In this document: positions 26,847-39,818 of the stretch, in pieces
How positions within the stretch are numbered: the stretch's first letter is position 1
How the letters are laid out: the number at the start of each line of letters is the position of its first letter
Source: Bugula neritina
Lineage: Eukaryota; Animalia; Bryozoa
Reading direction: 5' to 3'
Length of the DNA stretch: 64,000 nt
NCBI GenBank assembly: GCA_964035545.1
Contig: CAXIUT010000255.1
Span: 28,587 to 92,586 of the forward strand
Program-made: the position numbers and the translations under genes
The notes under the pieces: model-generated
What the model was told of the DNA's origin: nothing
Seen by the model: only the letters and a program-made list of their open reading frames with translations
The model's database searches: none

Positions 26847-29492
26847 ATGAAAGGAATCAAAGTCCTACTTCTGATAGTAGTACTTCTTGGTTCTCTTAAC
26901 GCCTAGATGATCCAACTTGGATCTGATAGCATCTTTAGTAGCATCACGAAGGGATCAGATAACTCCATTTTCGGAAATGGAAATTCCATGGGAGGAAGTC
27001 CCAGTTCAGAAGCTGGAGGTTCTATCCTTGGAATGGGAAATTCCATTGGAGGAAATCCTAGTTTAGAAACTGGAGGATCTAATCTTGGAATGGGAAATTC
27101 CATGGGAGGAAATCCTAGTTTAGAAACTGGAGGATCTAATCTTGGAATGGGAAATTCCATGGGAGGAAATCCTAGTTTAGAAACTGGAGGATCTAATCTT
27201 GGAATTGTTGGCAATGGAAATATGCCAAAAGATAACTTAAATAGTATATTTGGAAATGGAAATAAAGATCCTGGTTCTGCCAACAATATTGATGGATCAA
27301 GTAATAGCCTCTTAGAAGATAGCAGTTCCATTGGTGGAAGTGGAAATATGCTCAGTGGAGATCTAAGTTCTATCTTTGGCAATGAAATTGCAGAAAATAA
27401 TTGTCCAAATCAACCATCACCACCACATCCTTAACCTTAACCTGAACCTCCACTACCACTACCACCACCTCCTTAACCTTAACCACCCCCTCCTTAGCCT
27501 TAACCTTACCCTTAACCTGAACCTTAACCACCACTACCACCACATCCTTAACCTGAACCACCACCACCACCACAACCACCACCTTAACCTTAACCTTAAC
27601 CACCACTACCACCACATCCTTAACCTGAACCACCGCCACCACCACCACCACCACCACCACCATCACCACCACCACCACCACCACCACCACCACCACCACC
27701 ACCACCACCACCACCACCACCACCACCACCACCACCACCACCACCACCACCACCACCACCACCACCACCACCACCACCACCACCACCACCACCACCACCA
27801 CCACCACCACCACCACCACCACCACCACCACCACCTTAACCTTAACCACCACTACCACCACATCCTTAACCTGAACCACCGCCACCACCACCACCACCGC
27901 CACCACCACCACCACCACCACCGCCACCACCACCACCACCACCACCACCACCACCACCACCACCACCACCACCACCACCACCACCACCACCACCACCACC
28001 ACCACCACCACCACCACCACTTCCTTAACCTGAACCACCACTACCACCACCACCACCACCACCACCACCACCACCACCACCACCACCACCACCACCACCA
28101 CCACCACCACCACCACCACCACCACCACCACCACCACCCCCTCCTTAACCTTAACCACCACTACCACCACTTCCACCACTTCCTTAACCTTAACCACCAC
28201 TACCACCACTTCCTTAACCATAACCTGAACCTGAGCCTTCTTTCCCATCAGAACAACCTCCTCTTTAACCTCAACCTCCATCTTAACCGTTTCCCTAACC
28301 ACCTTCACCACCAGGTAGAAGAGGGCCGCCAAGAAGAAAACCACCAGGTAGAAGAGGGCCGCCAAGAAGAAAACCACCAGGTAGAAGAGGGCCGCCAAGA
28401 AGAAAACCACCAGGTAGAAGAGGGCCGCCAAGAAGAAAACCACCAGGTAGAAGAGGGCCGCCAAGAAGAAAACCACCAGGTAGAAGAGGGCCGCCAAGAA
28501 GAAAACCACCAGGTAGAAGAAGGCCGCCAAGAAGAAAACCACCAGGTAGAAGAGGGCCAAGAAGAAAACCTTGTAGAGGAGGAAAATGTAGAAGAGGAGG
28601 AAAACCTAGAAGAGGAGGAAAATGTAGAAGAGGAGGAAAACCTAGAAGAGGAAGAAAACCTAGAAGAGGAAGAAAACCTAGAAGAGGAAGAAAACCTAGA
28701 AGAGGAAGAAAACCTAGAAGAGGAAGAAAACCTAGAAGAGGAAGAAAACCTAGAAGAGGAAGAAAACCTAGAAGAAGACATCCTTATAGAAATAGAAGAC
28801 AACCAAGGAGAAGAAGACATCCTTATAGAAATAGAAGACAACCAAGGAGAAGAAGACATCCTCAAAGGAATAGAAGACAACCAAGGAGAAGAAGACATCC
28901 TCAAAGGAATAGAAGACAACCAAGGAGAAGAAGACATCCTCAAAGGAATAGAAGACAACCAAGGAGAAGAAGACATCCTCAAAGGAATAGAAGACAACCA
29001 AGGAGAAGAAGACATCCTCAAAGGAATAGAAGACAACCAAGGAGAAGAAGACATCCTCAAAGGAATAGAAGACAACCAAGGAGAAGAAGACATCCTCAAA
29101 GGAATAGAAGACAACCAAGGAGAAGAAGACATCCTCAAAGGAATAGAAGACAACCAAGGAGAAGAAGACATCCTCAAAGGAATAGAAGACAACCAAGGAG
29201 AAGACATCCTCAAAGGAATAGAAGACAACCAAGGAGAAGAAGACATCCTCAAAGGAATAGAAGACAACCAAGGAGAAGAAGACATCCTCAAAGGAATAGA
29301 AGACAACCAAGGAGAAGAAGACAACCAAGGAGACATCGACCAGCTCCCAGAAGACACAGATCCTCTCCTAGAAGACACAGACCCTCTCCCAGAAGACATA
29401 GACCAACTTCTAGAAGAGGTGGAGGAAGAAGAGGAGGAAGAAGAGGAGGAGGAAGAAGAAGAGGAGGAGGAGGAAGAAGAAGACGTAGATGA
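26847..29492 (+). CDS. Secreted Gly/Asn-repeat, poly-Pro/PE, Arg-rich protein, paralog 1 (~881 aa, intronless)
   Basis: Signal peptide MKGIKVLLLIVVLLGSLNA; 19-aa GGNPSLETGGSNLGMGNSM repeats; polyPro with PEPEP; (PPGRRGPPRRK)n, (PRRGRK)n and (PQRNRRQPRRRRH)n; RRGGG tail. Open to TGA 29490-29492 with TAR=Glu. Confidence 0.85.
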
Positions 29493-31170
29493 TCTACTAT
29501 CTTTTACTTTTAATCATATATTTTGGAGTCAAATAATACTAGTTAATTATTATTGATTCTTAACTATGAATTTAAAGAATAAAAGTTGATAAGATAATAT
29601 TTATTATTAATAAATCTATATTATATTTGAAAAAAAATCTATTAATAAAAATTAAGTTTGAATAATCAAGTGGAACAACTAATAAACTGTCAAAAAATTA
29701 TTTTAGTTTTGATAAATAACTATTTTCAGTCATTAAGAGTCATTTTTTTAATCTTTTCTGACCAATAGCATCTATCAATATGGTGTCTTTGTTCTTTTTT
29801 ACTTACTTTTTTGCTTTAAATCTTCAATTATTCTCATTTGCAGATTGAATTCTATCGAATTATGTTTTGATCTATCTGATTTTGAGACATTTTCACTACT
29901 TTTTTTGATTCTAAATGATGTTTTTTGTTCTCTCTATCGATCTATTTTTATATCTAAAGATTAAATATCGCCTATTAAAAAAATAAACTACTTTATTCAT
30001 GTTTGAAATATAACTATTGATAGATGAAACTGTTGATAAGATATAACTATTGATAAGATATAGCTATTAATAAGATGAAACTATTGATAAGATGTAACTG
30101 TTGATAATGTATAACTATTAATGAGATGCAACTGTTGATAAGATATAGTTGTCCAAAAGATATATTTGTGATCGATTCTTTACTATAAATATCACAGAAG
30201 AAGCTATCAGTCTTCTAAACAAACGCTTTGTACCTTCTAGTATTGTTTGATAAATCATATTCTTTGGCAACTACCTAAGACAGTTACTATCTTTGTCTAA
30301 AATCCTTTTTCTTTATTTTAAATTTGAGATTGATTTTTTGTTTGAATTTTAATTCTTGGAATATTAAGTTAGTTAGCTGACTAAGTAGGCGGTGTCGACT
30401 GTGATAGTTAGCTCTCTTTTGTATCTCGCTTTGAAAGTATTGAGACCCCATTGATCTCCCAACCGACTAGCCAAGACTGATAACCTTGACTGCATGTTTT
30501 TTTTTATCTTTCAAAAGCTTCGAATCGATAAGCCAACTCTTTTCGATCTACAAGAAAGCTTTAATCTTGACTATTTGTTTTTATAAGTATCAACTCAATG
30601 TCATTGATGATCCTTTCGAAAAATAGTCTCTTAAAGACATCATCATAGACCAAGATTCTTGATTATCCATTTGTATTAGATAAAATAATTATTGATGGAT
30701 GGTTCTTCTAGAGCTAGAGTTACTTCAAACTAGAAGAAAGAACTTGGGATAACTTGAATCGACATCACTCATAATATTTTATGGAACAAATGAAAAAAAA
30801 AATAATTTCGACTTTAGAAAATATTAGAAAAAAAACATTTTATTTGATCAATATTAACTAATCCATCTTGTATCAGTCTTCATCAACAATATATATAAGA
30901 AGATAGTCAATGAAAAATCGTTTAATTTTACTTTTTCTTTTTTTCTTTTTAAAATCACTCAGTGAAAATAAACATCTTTAGAGCTAAATTTAAACTCCAA
31001 TTAGGGTCTAGTTCTATATTATGTTTGAAATATTTATTCCCGATGGTAAATTCTTTTTAGAAACTTAATAAATAAGGTTTTCAGAACATTATAACTGATA
31101 ATTAAAAGCAAGTGATTTTCTTCATAAATGGAAGATTTATTTAGAATTCTTTACATTTATATTCTTCTAA

Positions 31171-33414
31171 ATGAAAGGAATCAAAGTCCTACTTCTGATA
31201 GTAGTACTTCTTGGTTCTCTTAACGCCTAGATGATCCAACTTGGATCTGATAGCATCTTTAGTAGCATCACGAAGGGATCAGATAACTCCATTTTCGGAA
31301 ATGGAAATTCCATGGGAGGAAGTCCCAGTCCAGAAGCTGGAGGTTCTATCCTTGGAATGGGAAATTCCATTGGAGGAAATCCTAGTTTAGAAACTGGAGG
31401 ATCTAATCTTGGAATGGGAAATTCCATTGGAGGAAATCCTAGTTTAGAAACTGGAGGATCTAATCTTGGAATGGGAAATTCCATGGGAGGAAATCCTAGT
31501 TTAGAAACTGGAGGATCTAATCTTGGAATGGGAAATTCCATGGGAGGAAATCCTAGTTTAGAAACTGGAGGATCTAATCTTGGAATTGTTGGCAATGGAA
31601 ATATGCCAAAAGATAACTTAAATAGTATATTTGGAAATGGAAATAAAGATCCTGGTTCTGCCAACAATATTGATGGATCAAGTAATAGCCTCTTAGAAGA
31701 TAGCAGTTCCATTGGTGGAAGTGGAAATATGCTCAGTGGAGATCTAAGTTCTATCTTTGGCAATGAAATTGCAGAAAATAATTGTCCAAATCAACCATCA
31801 CCATCACCATCACCATCACCATCACCATCACCATCACCATCACCATCACCATCACCATCACCATCACCATCACCATCACCATCACCATCACCATCACCAT
31901 CACCATCACCATCACCATCACCATCACCATCACCATCACCATCACCATCACCATCACCATCACCATCACCATCACCATCACCATCACCACCACCATCACC
32001 ATCACCACCACCACCACCACCACCACCACCACCACCACCACCACCACCTTAACCTTAACCACCACTACCACCACTACCACCACTACCACCACATCCTTAA
32101 CCTGAACCACCACTACCACCACTTCCACCACTTCCTTAACCTTAACCTTAACCTTAACCACCACTACCACCACTACCACCACTTCCTTAACCTGAACCTG
32201 AACCTGAACCACCACTACCACCACTTCCACCACTTCCTTAACCTTAACCTGAACCTTAACCTGAACCACCACTACCACCACTACCACCACTTCCACCACT
32301 TCCTTAACCTTAACCTTAACCACCACTACCACCACTTCCTTAACCATAACCTGAACCTGAGCCTTCTTTCCCATCAGAACAACCTCCTCTTTAACTTTAA
32401 CCTCAACCTCCATCTTAACCGTTTCCCTAACCACCTTCACCAGGTAGAGGAGGAGGAGGAGGAGGAGGAGGAGGAGGAGGAAAACGTAGAGGAGGAGGAA
32501 AACGTAGAGGAGGAGGAAAAATGAGAAGAGGAGGAGGAAAACGTAGAGGAGGAGGAAAACGTAGAGGAGGAGGAAAAATGAGAAGAGGAGGAGGAAAACG
32601 TAGAGGAGGAGGAGGAAAAATGAGAAGAGGAGGAGGAGGAAAACGTAGAGGAGGAGGAAAACGTAGAGGAGGAGGAAAAAATGAGAAGAGGAGGAGGAAA
32701 ACGTAGAAGAGGAGGAAAAATGAGAAGAGGAGGAGGAAAACGTAGAGGAGGAGGAAAACGTAGAGGAGGAGGAAAAATGAGAAGAGGAGGAGGAAAACGT
32801 AGAGGAGGAGGAGGAAAAATGAGAAGAGGAGGAGGAAAACGTAGAAGAGGAAGAAAACCTAGAAGAAATAGAAGACAACCTAGAAGAAATAGAAGACAAC
32901 CTAGGAGAAGAAGACATCCTAAAAGAAATAGAAGACAACCAAGGAGAAGAAGACAACCAAGAAGAAGAAGACAACCAAGGAGAAGAAGAAAACCTAGAAG
33001 AAAAAGACAACCAAGAAGAAGAAGACAACCAAGGAGAAGAAGAAAACCTAGAAGAAAAAGACAACCAAGAAGAAGAAGACAACCAAGAAGAAGAAGACAA
33101 CCAAGGAGAAGAAGACAGCCTAGAAGAAAAAGACAACCAAGGAGAAGAAGACAACCAAGGAGAAGAAGACAGCCAAGAAGAAAAGACAACCAAGGAGAAG
33201 AAGACATCCTCAAAGGAATAGAAGACAACCAAGGAGAAGAAGACAACCAAGGAGACATCGACCAGCTCCCAGAAGACACAGATCCTCTCCTAGAAGACAC
33301 AGACCCTCTCCCAGAAGACATAGACCAACTTCTAGAAGAGGTGGAGGAAGAAGAGGAGGAAGAAGAGGAGGAGGAAGAAGAAGAGGAGGAGGAGGAAGAA
33401 GAAGACGTAGATGA
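31171..33414 (+). CDS. Secreted Pro/Arg block protein, paralog 2 (long (SP)n tract; RRGGGK repeats; paired indels near 32680 and 33182)
   Basis: Same signal peptide and N-domain as paralog 1; about 30 copies of (CCATCA) = (PS)n; same C-terminal RRGGG...RRR-TGA; start and stop are in the same frame. Confidence 0.8.
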
Positions 33415-34252
33415 TCTACTATCTTTTACTTTTAATCATATATTTTGGAGTCAAATAATACTAGTTAATTATTATTGATTCTTAACTATGAATTTAAAGA
33501 ATAAAAGTTGATAAGATAATATTTATTATTAATAAATCTATATTATATTTGAAAAAAAATCTATTAATAAAAATTAAGTTTGAATAATCAAGTGGAACAA
33601 CTAATAAACTGTCAAAAAATTATTTTAGTTTTGATAAATAACTATTTTCAGTCATTAAGAGTCATTTTTTTAATCTTTTCTGACCAATAGCATCTATCAA
33701 TATGGTGTCTTTGTTCTTTTTTACTTACTTTTTTGCTTTAAATCTTCAATTATTCTCATTTGCAGATTGAATTCTATCGAATTATGTTTTGATCTATCTG
33801 ATTTTGAGACATTTTCACTACTTTTTTTGATTCTAAATGATGTTTTTTGTTCTCTCTATCGATCTATTTTTATATCTAAAGATTAAATATCGCCTATTAA
33901 AAAAATAAACTACTTTATTCATGTGTTTTAATCAACTTTAGAAAACTTTTCAATATTTAATGATGTATTGATGATCATTTATCTTAAGAAAAATAATATT
34001 TTATTGATATAAAATCATAAGTTAGATTAAATTTCTTCTGACAAACAATTTGATTTATTTTTTTTATAAAAAAATCAAATATTTTTCTTTTTTCGACATC
34101 TGAAAAAGGCATTTAATGTAAATGCTAAAAGCATAAATATGAATTAAATTAAATTAAAAATAATCGAAATATTAGCAATTAGTAGTATAAAAGTAAATAG
34201 GAGAATAATATGTTTATTCAATGATATATTATTTGATTGATCGTATTGATAG

Positions 34253-35068
34253 ATGAATAATCAATTCTAGAAAGCAAGATTAACTATACAAGACTGCTCT
34301 TTCCCTAATTTTTATAAAGAATAACGAAATAAGCAAAAATAAAGTCACAAAAAAGGTATTATTAGTCTTCAGTCATAATCACTTCACAATAAACACAAAT
34401 AACACATTATGAAACATAAATAGAATAGTCGTTAGATAAATGAAATCAAACAGTAATAAAACAAGTTAAAATATCAAAAAGGGAAATCACTTAATGGCTA
34501 TTAGTTTGGTTTGTTGCAGAAATAAATATATTTTCCTAGTTTGCCTTCAAAGAAATAGACAAATAATAATAATTCATAAGAAGGAATAAGATCTTACAGT
34601 TCAACTAAGCTGATCCCAAGTCATCATCATAAGCAGAAAGGCAGAAAGGCAGAAAGCCATATATTTAGGATGCAATAAAACTTATAGAGAGTTTAAAAAA
34701 ACATGAAAAAGATCACAATAAACTAACTAAAGACAACATAATTTTAAAATAAAGAAATAAAAGTGGATCTTAAGTTGAAGAAATTGTCTTCTTTCAAATC
34801 AAAAATGACATCTAATGGTAAAAATCATTTGAACAGGTTGACAAATGGTGTTTTGATACCAGAATAGTTACATAGTTAGAGGTGTTAGTAAAAGTTATAT
34901 GATAATAATAATTTCAATTTACAGATGAAGAACACTGTGAGGTTTTAATTTGATAGCAACCTTCATGTTTAAAAAAACAAATAAAAGTAAATGGAAAAAA
35001 AAAAACAGTATAAAATTTAAGGATGGAAATAGGATAGGTATTTCGTGCCTATAGGATTTTATATGTGA
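34253..35068 (+). CDS. Hypothetical orphan protein (271 aa), copy 1
   Basis: Uninterrupted ATG..TGA frame with TAR=Glu; the second copy differs by an in-frame 3-nt indel. Confidence 0.55.
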
Positions 35069-35107
35069 TTTATCTTAGTTATTTTATTGATTTTATATTC
35101 ATTAATA

Positions 35108-36922
35108 TCATTCCACTTTGTTGGCTGTTGATTTATCGAGTTTGCTTAGCATTTAGACCTGTTTGGCTGGATGTTCAGGTGAATTGATTTTTTAATCTGT
35201 TTATGACTTGAATAATTGTTTAGATGTTTTTTTCTATATTATTTTAGGATGTTAATGTTTTTGTTCACTTTTTTTCATACTCTATAATCCTAAATCTTGT
35301 TATTTAAGCGTTGATCTTTAAGGACCTTTTATTTTACCTGGAATTTTATCTTTGTATTGTTCTTGATGGTTGAACTGAGAAAGATATGATCCATATTTAC
35401 TATCGTTGGCTAGAAATTGTAATCTTATATTTTTTTATATTTATCTTTATCTTTTTATTTTATCTCTTAACTATCTGGCAGTCTATAAATATAGATCGCT
35501 ACTATCAATATGATTTTTAATGGCTATTCCTCTCATATGTTGATACTATGTGCCTTTAGCTATTTATTAGTAATGTTTTTAGTAATACTTTAGACTTCTA
35601 TTTTCCATTTATCTTAAAGATATTTTATTAAGCTGATTATTAATAGAAGAATAGGGATAACTAAGATCGATTCCTATGATATTATTTTTAATATTGGTTG
35701 TATCTTATTGAATGCTGATTCTATGTTATAATCTTTTGAGTCGATCGCTTTATATTTATATTTATGCTGTTTTTCTCATAAATTACTGATATTATTACTA
35801 TACTTTCTTCTTAGCTTGCCATTCTTATCTTTATTTTGCTCTATTATTGGCTTATATCTATTTTTGTAATTGAATATTCCATTTTTACTGTTAGTAGTTT
35901 ATTTTAACCTTTTATAAACTTGCAGATTGCTAGATTAGTAAATTTTAATCTATCTATTTTTATTATTGCTAGATCTATTTTATTTTCTATCTTATCCTTT
36001 GATATTTCTACTACTTATTATATTTTTATTCATATTTATCAATTTTATTATTCTAATTGTTGATATTACTTTTATTATGATTATTACTTTTATTTCGATT
36101 ATTACTTTTACTGTTGATATTGTTTTTATTTGAGAGGTGTTTTTAAAATTCATATCCAAAAGTAATCTGTTTTGGTATTTTTCTTTTGTTGGTTTATTTT
36201 ATTTTATTTTGATATTCTCTATCTTTCCCTTATAATCCTTAAATAGTCCATTTCAATTGATATTAATTGACTTTACCGTCTATTTTGAAATTAAGCACTT
36301 CAACTAACTTCTATACCTGTCTCTGATTGACATCGTAACCGTAATTCTTCATAAATTTATATATATCTTCCCCGCAAATCCAACTATGTCTGTTTTCATC
36401 TATTGCCAGTACTACTCCATGAAGAGAATAATCCTAGTTCCTGAGTAATGTCCTTCTTATCTAGAGTATCTTCATTTATCTACGCATTATCTATAAAATC
36501 AACTATCTGAAGATGTCTAGTTGCTGTAGGATTGTTTGAGGTTGTGAACTTTACAACTCTGGTCTTTATACCCTTTGGGCTACTAACTAACGTAGTTAAA
36601 GGTCGTCTCTGGGTAAAAGAAAAGTAGCAAATTATAGTCTGCTGACTTATCCTGTCTTTAAATTATCAATCCAGCTGAAAGCATAGGTAAGTAGTTTTTT
36701 ATGCGAGGTGCCTATCACTTTTTGAATATCTTTTTCACGAATATATCCTTTTTACTATTTATCAAGGAATCGGAACAATGCTATTGAGTCGAAGTATGGT
36801 GTATCAGCTAGAGCTTATCTAAATGATTAAATAGATTAGTTGAGAAGTAGTAGTTATGCGAATATATTAGCTAGAAGGGTTCTTGATTTGATAGAAAGCA
36901 TGTTTTGTTGATAGTAGGCCAT
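35108..36922 (-). CDS. EF-hand domain protein, copy 1
   Basis: FDSIALFRFLDKEEKGYIREKDI, WIDNLKTGEVSRLEFATFLLP, IDENRHSWICGEDIYKFM; low-complexity C-terminus; end approximate. Confidence 0.65.
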
Positions 36923-36964
36923 GATAGAGTTGTTAACTTATTTTATACTTAAAATTATATTATT

Positions 36965-37075
36965 GATTATATATTATTTGAACAAATCTATTGATGATAT
37001 ACTATTTGAACAAATCTATTGATGATATACTATTTGAACAAATCTATTGATGATAATTATTCTGATAAATCTATC
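36965..37075 (+). repeat. 28-bp intergenic minisatellite (about 3.5 copies); counterpart at 45338-45445
   Basis: Unit ...AACAAATCTATTGATGATATACTATTTG here and ...AATAAATCTATTGATGATATATTATTCT in unit 4. Confidence 0.75.
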
Positions 37076-38722
37076 AAATGGGACCTTATTCTTATTTTTA
37101 TAGCTATTATTTTGTCATTTACTTCTTCGATTATTCATTCTTTATATCATTTTATACTATTTTTTATGTTTTATTCTATTCCTTTATCCTTTCTTTATCA
37201 ACAACCTTTATATTTGATTATTAGTATTTTTAGTTATTTTATAATGATAATTCTGATAGTTTGACTTTATTAGTTTATTTTTTGTATATATTCTTTTATA
37301 GTTATTTGAAGGCTTTTTCTAGTCTTTAGAAGAAAAGAAATATTTATTTATTTTTTGTTCCTACAGCACAAGCAAAGGTAATATAAGGCAAAGAGTCATA
37401 ATTGTTAGAATGTGTTCCATAGTTTTTAAAGCTATTATTCCCTATTTTAGTTATTTTTTATGAAGATGACAAGATACGATGACCCATCACTCTCTTACTA
37501 TACAAAATTGCACCTAATTGAGTAATATCTGCCTATTGTTTGTATTGTGATAAGTACATAGCTATAGATATTGTATTATTTGGTGTTTTTAGAATAGTGC
37601 AGTTGTGTTTTAATGCAAATTTTTATCCTTACTTTAGTAGTTATTTATAGTTATTCTTTCTTTATGTCTTTAGCTATTGGATTGTTGATTTTCCCATTGA
37701 TAAAAGAGTTATAAAAAGGTCTGTAATTGGACTGCCGCTTGCTCTTCCTGGATATTTTGATGAAACTATATGACTAAATTATTACTTTTATCTAATAGAG
37801 AAGATTATTTACAGAAGATGAAGGATCCCCCGACTGGGACCATGAAATTTTTATCTGTGCTTTGAACTACTACTGTGCATTACCCTTTAGACATTCCTTA
37901 CTTGATTAGATGGGCTATTTTAGAACACCAAATGCCGTAAGCATTATTGACTACATGAAATAATTAATATTTTTTTGCCAAAATAGATATCTAATCTACT
38001 CTATCAGGTATCCTAGGAGCAAAACAGCTAGTAGTTGACATAACAGCTAAAACATTTTATATACCGAGTTCTTTGATCTTCTTTTCAATAGCTTAGACAT
38101 CAGAGTAGAGATAGTCTCCTTATTTTTTGAGCTATATTACGATTGGAGTGAGATTTGCACTTATGATTGATTTTAGACATGTTTTTTGGTCGATTCTTGA
38201 CCAAATCACATACTTTTTATCTGGATTTAAAGAGTGTAAGGTTAGTAGTGCTAAAGTTAAAGACATTCCTGTTGCCAGAGGGAGTAAAAGAACATCTTCT
38301 ACAAATTAATATTTCAGTTGATGTAGAGCACTTACAGCTAAGTATCTAGTTAGTTGTAGTAAAAGACTGCTTCCTGCTGCTTTTGGCTGATTTGCCATTA
38401 CATCACCACTACGACCTATATATGATATTATTCTACCTATGCCGTGACCCATGTGAAAATGTCTCTCTGCGACTAATCTAGAGTATATTCTGGATTATCT
38501 CTAGCCAACGCCAACTTTATTGTCGAAGTTATTGCTGTCCATGAGGGCAAAAGAATCGAGGATATAGCGAATGGTGAGCTAGTCGAGAGGTTGGAGGGGA
38601 AGCTGTCGTTGCGAGAGGATTTATTTGAGTACTTTTTATCTTTTGTTAATGGAATTCTGAGCCAGACGTATATAAGAAGGAGTGATGATGTCTTCAGCAA
38701 GTTTGAAGTTTTTATCGTCCAT
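37074..38722 (-). CDS. SEPSECS: O-phosphoseryl-tRNA(Sec) selenium transferase, copy 1
   Basis: [93 protein letters not shown]; 21-nt intron at 38416-38436. Confidence 0.92.
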
Positions 38723-39546
38723 ATTTTATACTAACTAGATGTAACTATTCATTAGATATAACTATTGATATGATATAACTATCAATAAGATGAAACTATT
38801 GATAAGATGTAACTATTGATCGATTCTTTACTATAAATATCACAGAAGAAGCTATCAGTCTTCTAAACAAACGCTTTGTACCTTCTAGTATTGTTTGATA
38901 AAATCATATTCCTTTGGCAACTACCTAAGACAGTTACTATCTTTGTCTAAAATCCTTTTTCTTTATTCTAAATTTGATTGATTTTTTGTTTGAATTTTAA
39001 TTCTTGGAATATTAAGTTAGTTAGCTGACTAAGTAGACGGTGTCGACTGTGGTAGTATACTCTCTTTTTTATCTCACTTTGAAAGTATTGAGACCTCATT
39101 GATCTCCCAACCGACTAGCCAAGACTGATAACCTTGACTGCATGTTTTTTTTATCTTTCAAAAGCTTCGAATCGATAAGCCAACTCTTTTCGATCTACAA
39201 GAAAGCTTTAATCCTTGACTATTTGTTTTTATAAGTATCAACTCAATGTCATTAATGATCCTTTCGAAAAATAGTCTCTTAAAGACAACCATCATAGACC
39301 AAGATTCTTGATTATCCATTTGTTTTAGATAAAATAATTATTGATGGACGGTTCTTCTAGAGCTAGAGTTGCTTCAAACTAGAAGAAAGAACTTGGGATA
39401 ACTCGAATCGACATCACTCATAGTATTTTATGGAACAAATGAGAAAAAAATAACTTCGACTTTAGAAAATATTCAAAAAAAAACATTTTATTTGATCGAT
39501 ATTGACTAATCCATCTCGTATTAATCTTCATCAACAATTTTTATAA

Positions 39547-39621
39547 GGGGTTGGGGTTGGGGTTGGGGTTGGGGTTGGGGTTGGGGTTGGGGTTGGGGTT
39601 GGGGTTGGGGTTGGGGTTGGG
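39547..39621 (+). repeat. Internal telomeric tract (GGGGTT)12GGG
   Basis: 75 bp perfect repeat upstream of paralog 3. Confidence 0.95.
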
Positions 39622-39818
39622 ATCTTTAAAGTCAAATTTAAGCTCCAATTAGGGTCTAGTTCTATATTATGTTTGAAATATTTATTCCCGATGGTAAATT
39701 CTTTTTAGAAACTTAATAAATAAGGTTTTCAGAACATTATAACTGATAATTAAAATCTAGTAATTTTCTTCATAAATGGAAGATTTATTTAGAATTCTTT
39801 ACATTTATATTCTTCTTA

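Larger units (their letters stand above)
25307..33554 (+). repeat. Tandem segmental duplication units 1 and 2 (about 4.3 and 3.9 kb; spacer Y + 17-bp minisatellite + block X + Pro/Arg gene)
   Basis: 25310-26850 is near-identical to 29635-31170; the 3' flank of the gene recurs at 29493-29640 and 33415-33560. Confidence 0.9.

Noticed and set aside
27376-29556. 726-aa poly-His/poly-Glu ORF, its equivalents at 31757, 40348, 48442 and 51735, and the antisense poly-Val/Trp/Ser ORFs
   Set aside because: These are off-frame shadows of CCA/AGA repeats. Synonymous variation (CCA/CCT/CCG, AGA/AGG/CGT, TAA/GAA) and the signal peptide support the Pro/Arg frame. Dual coding is not excluded, but nothing here supports it.
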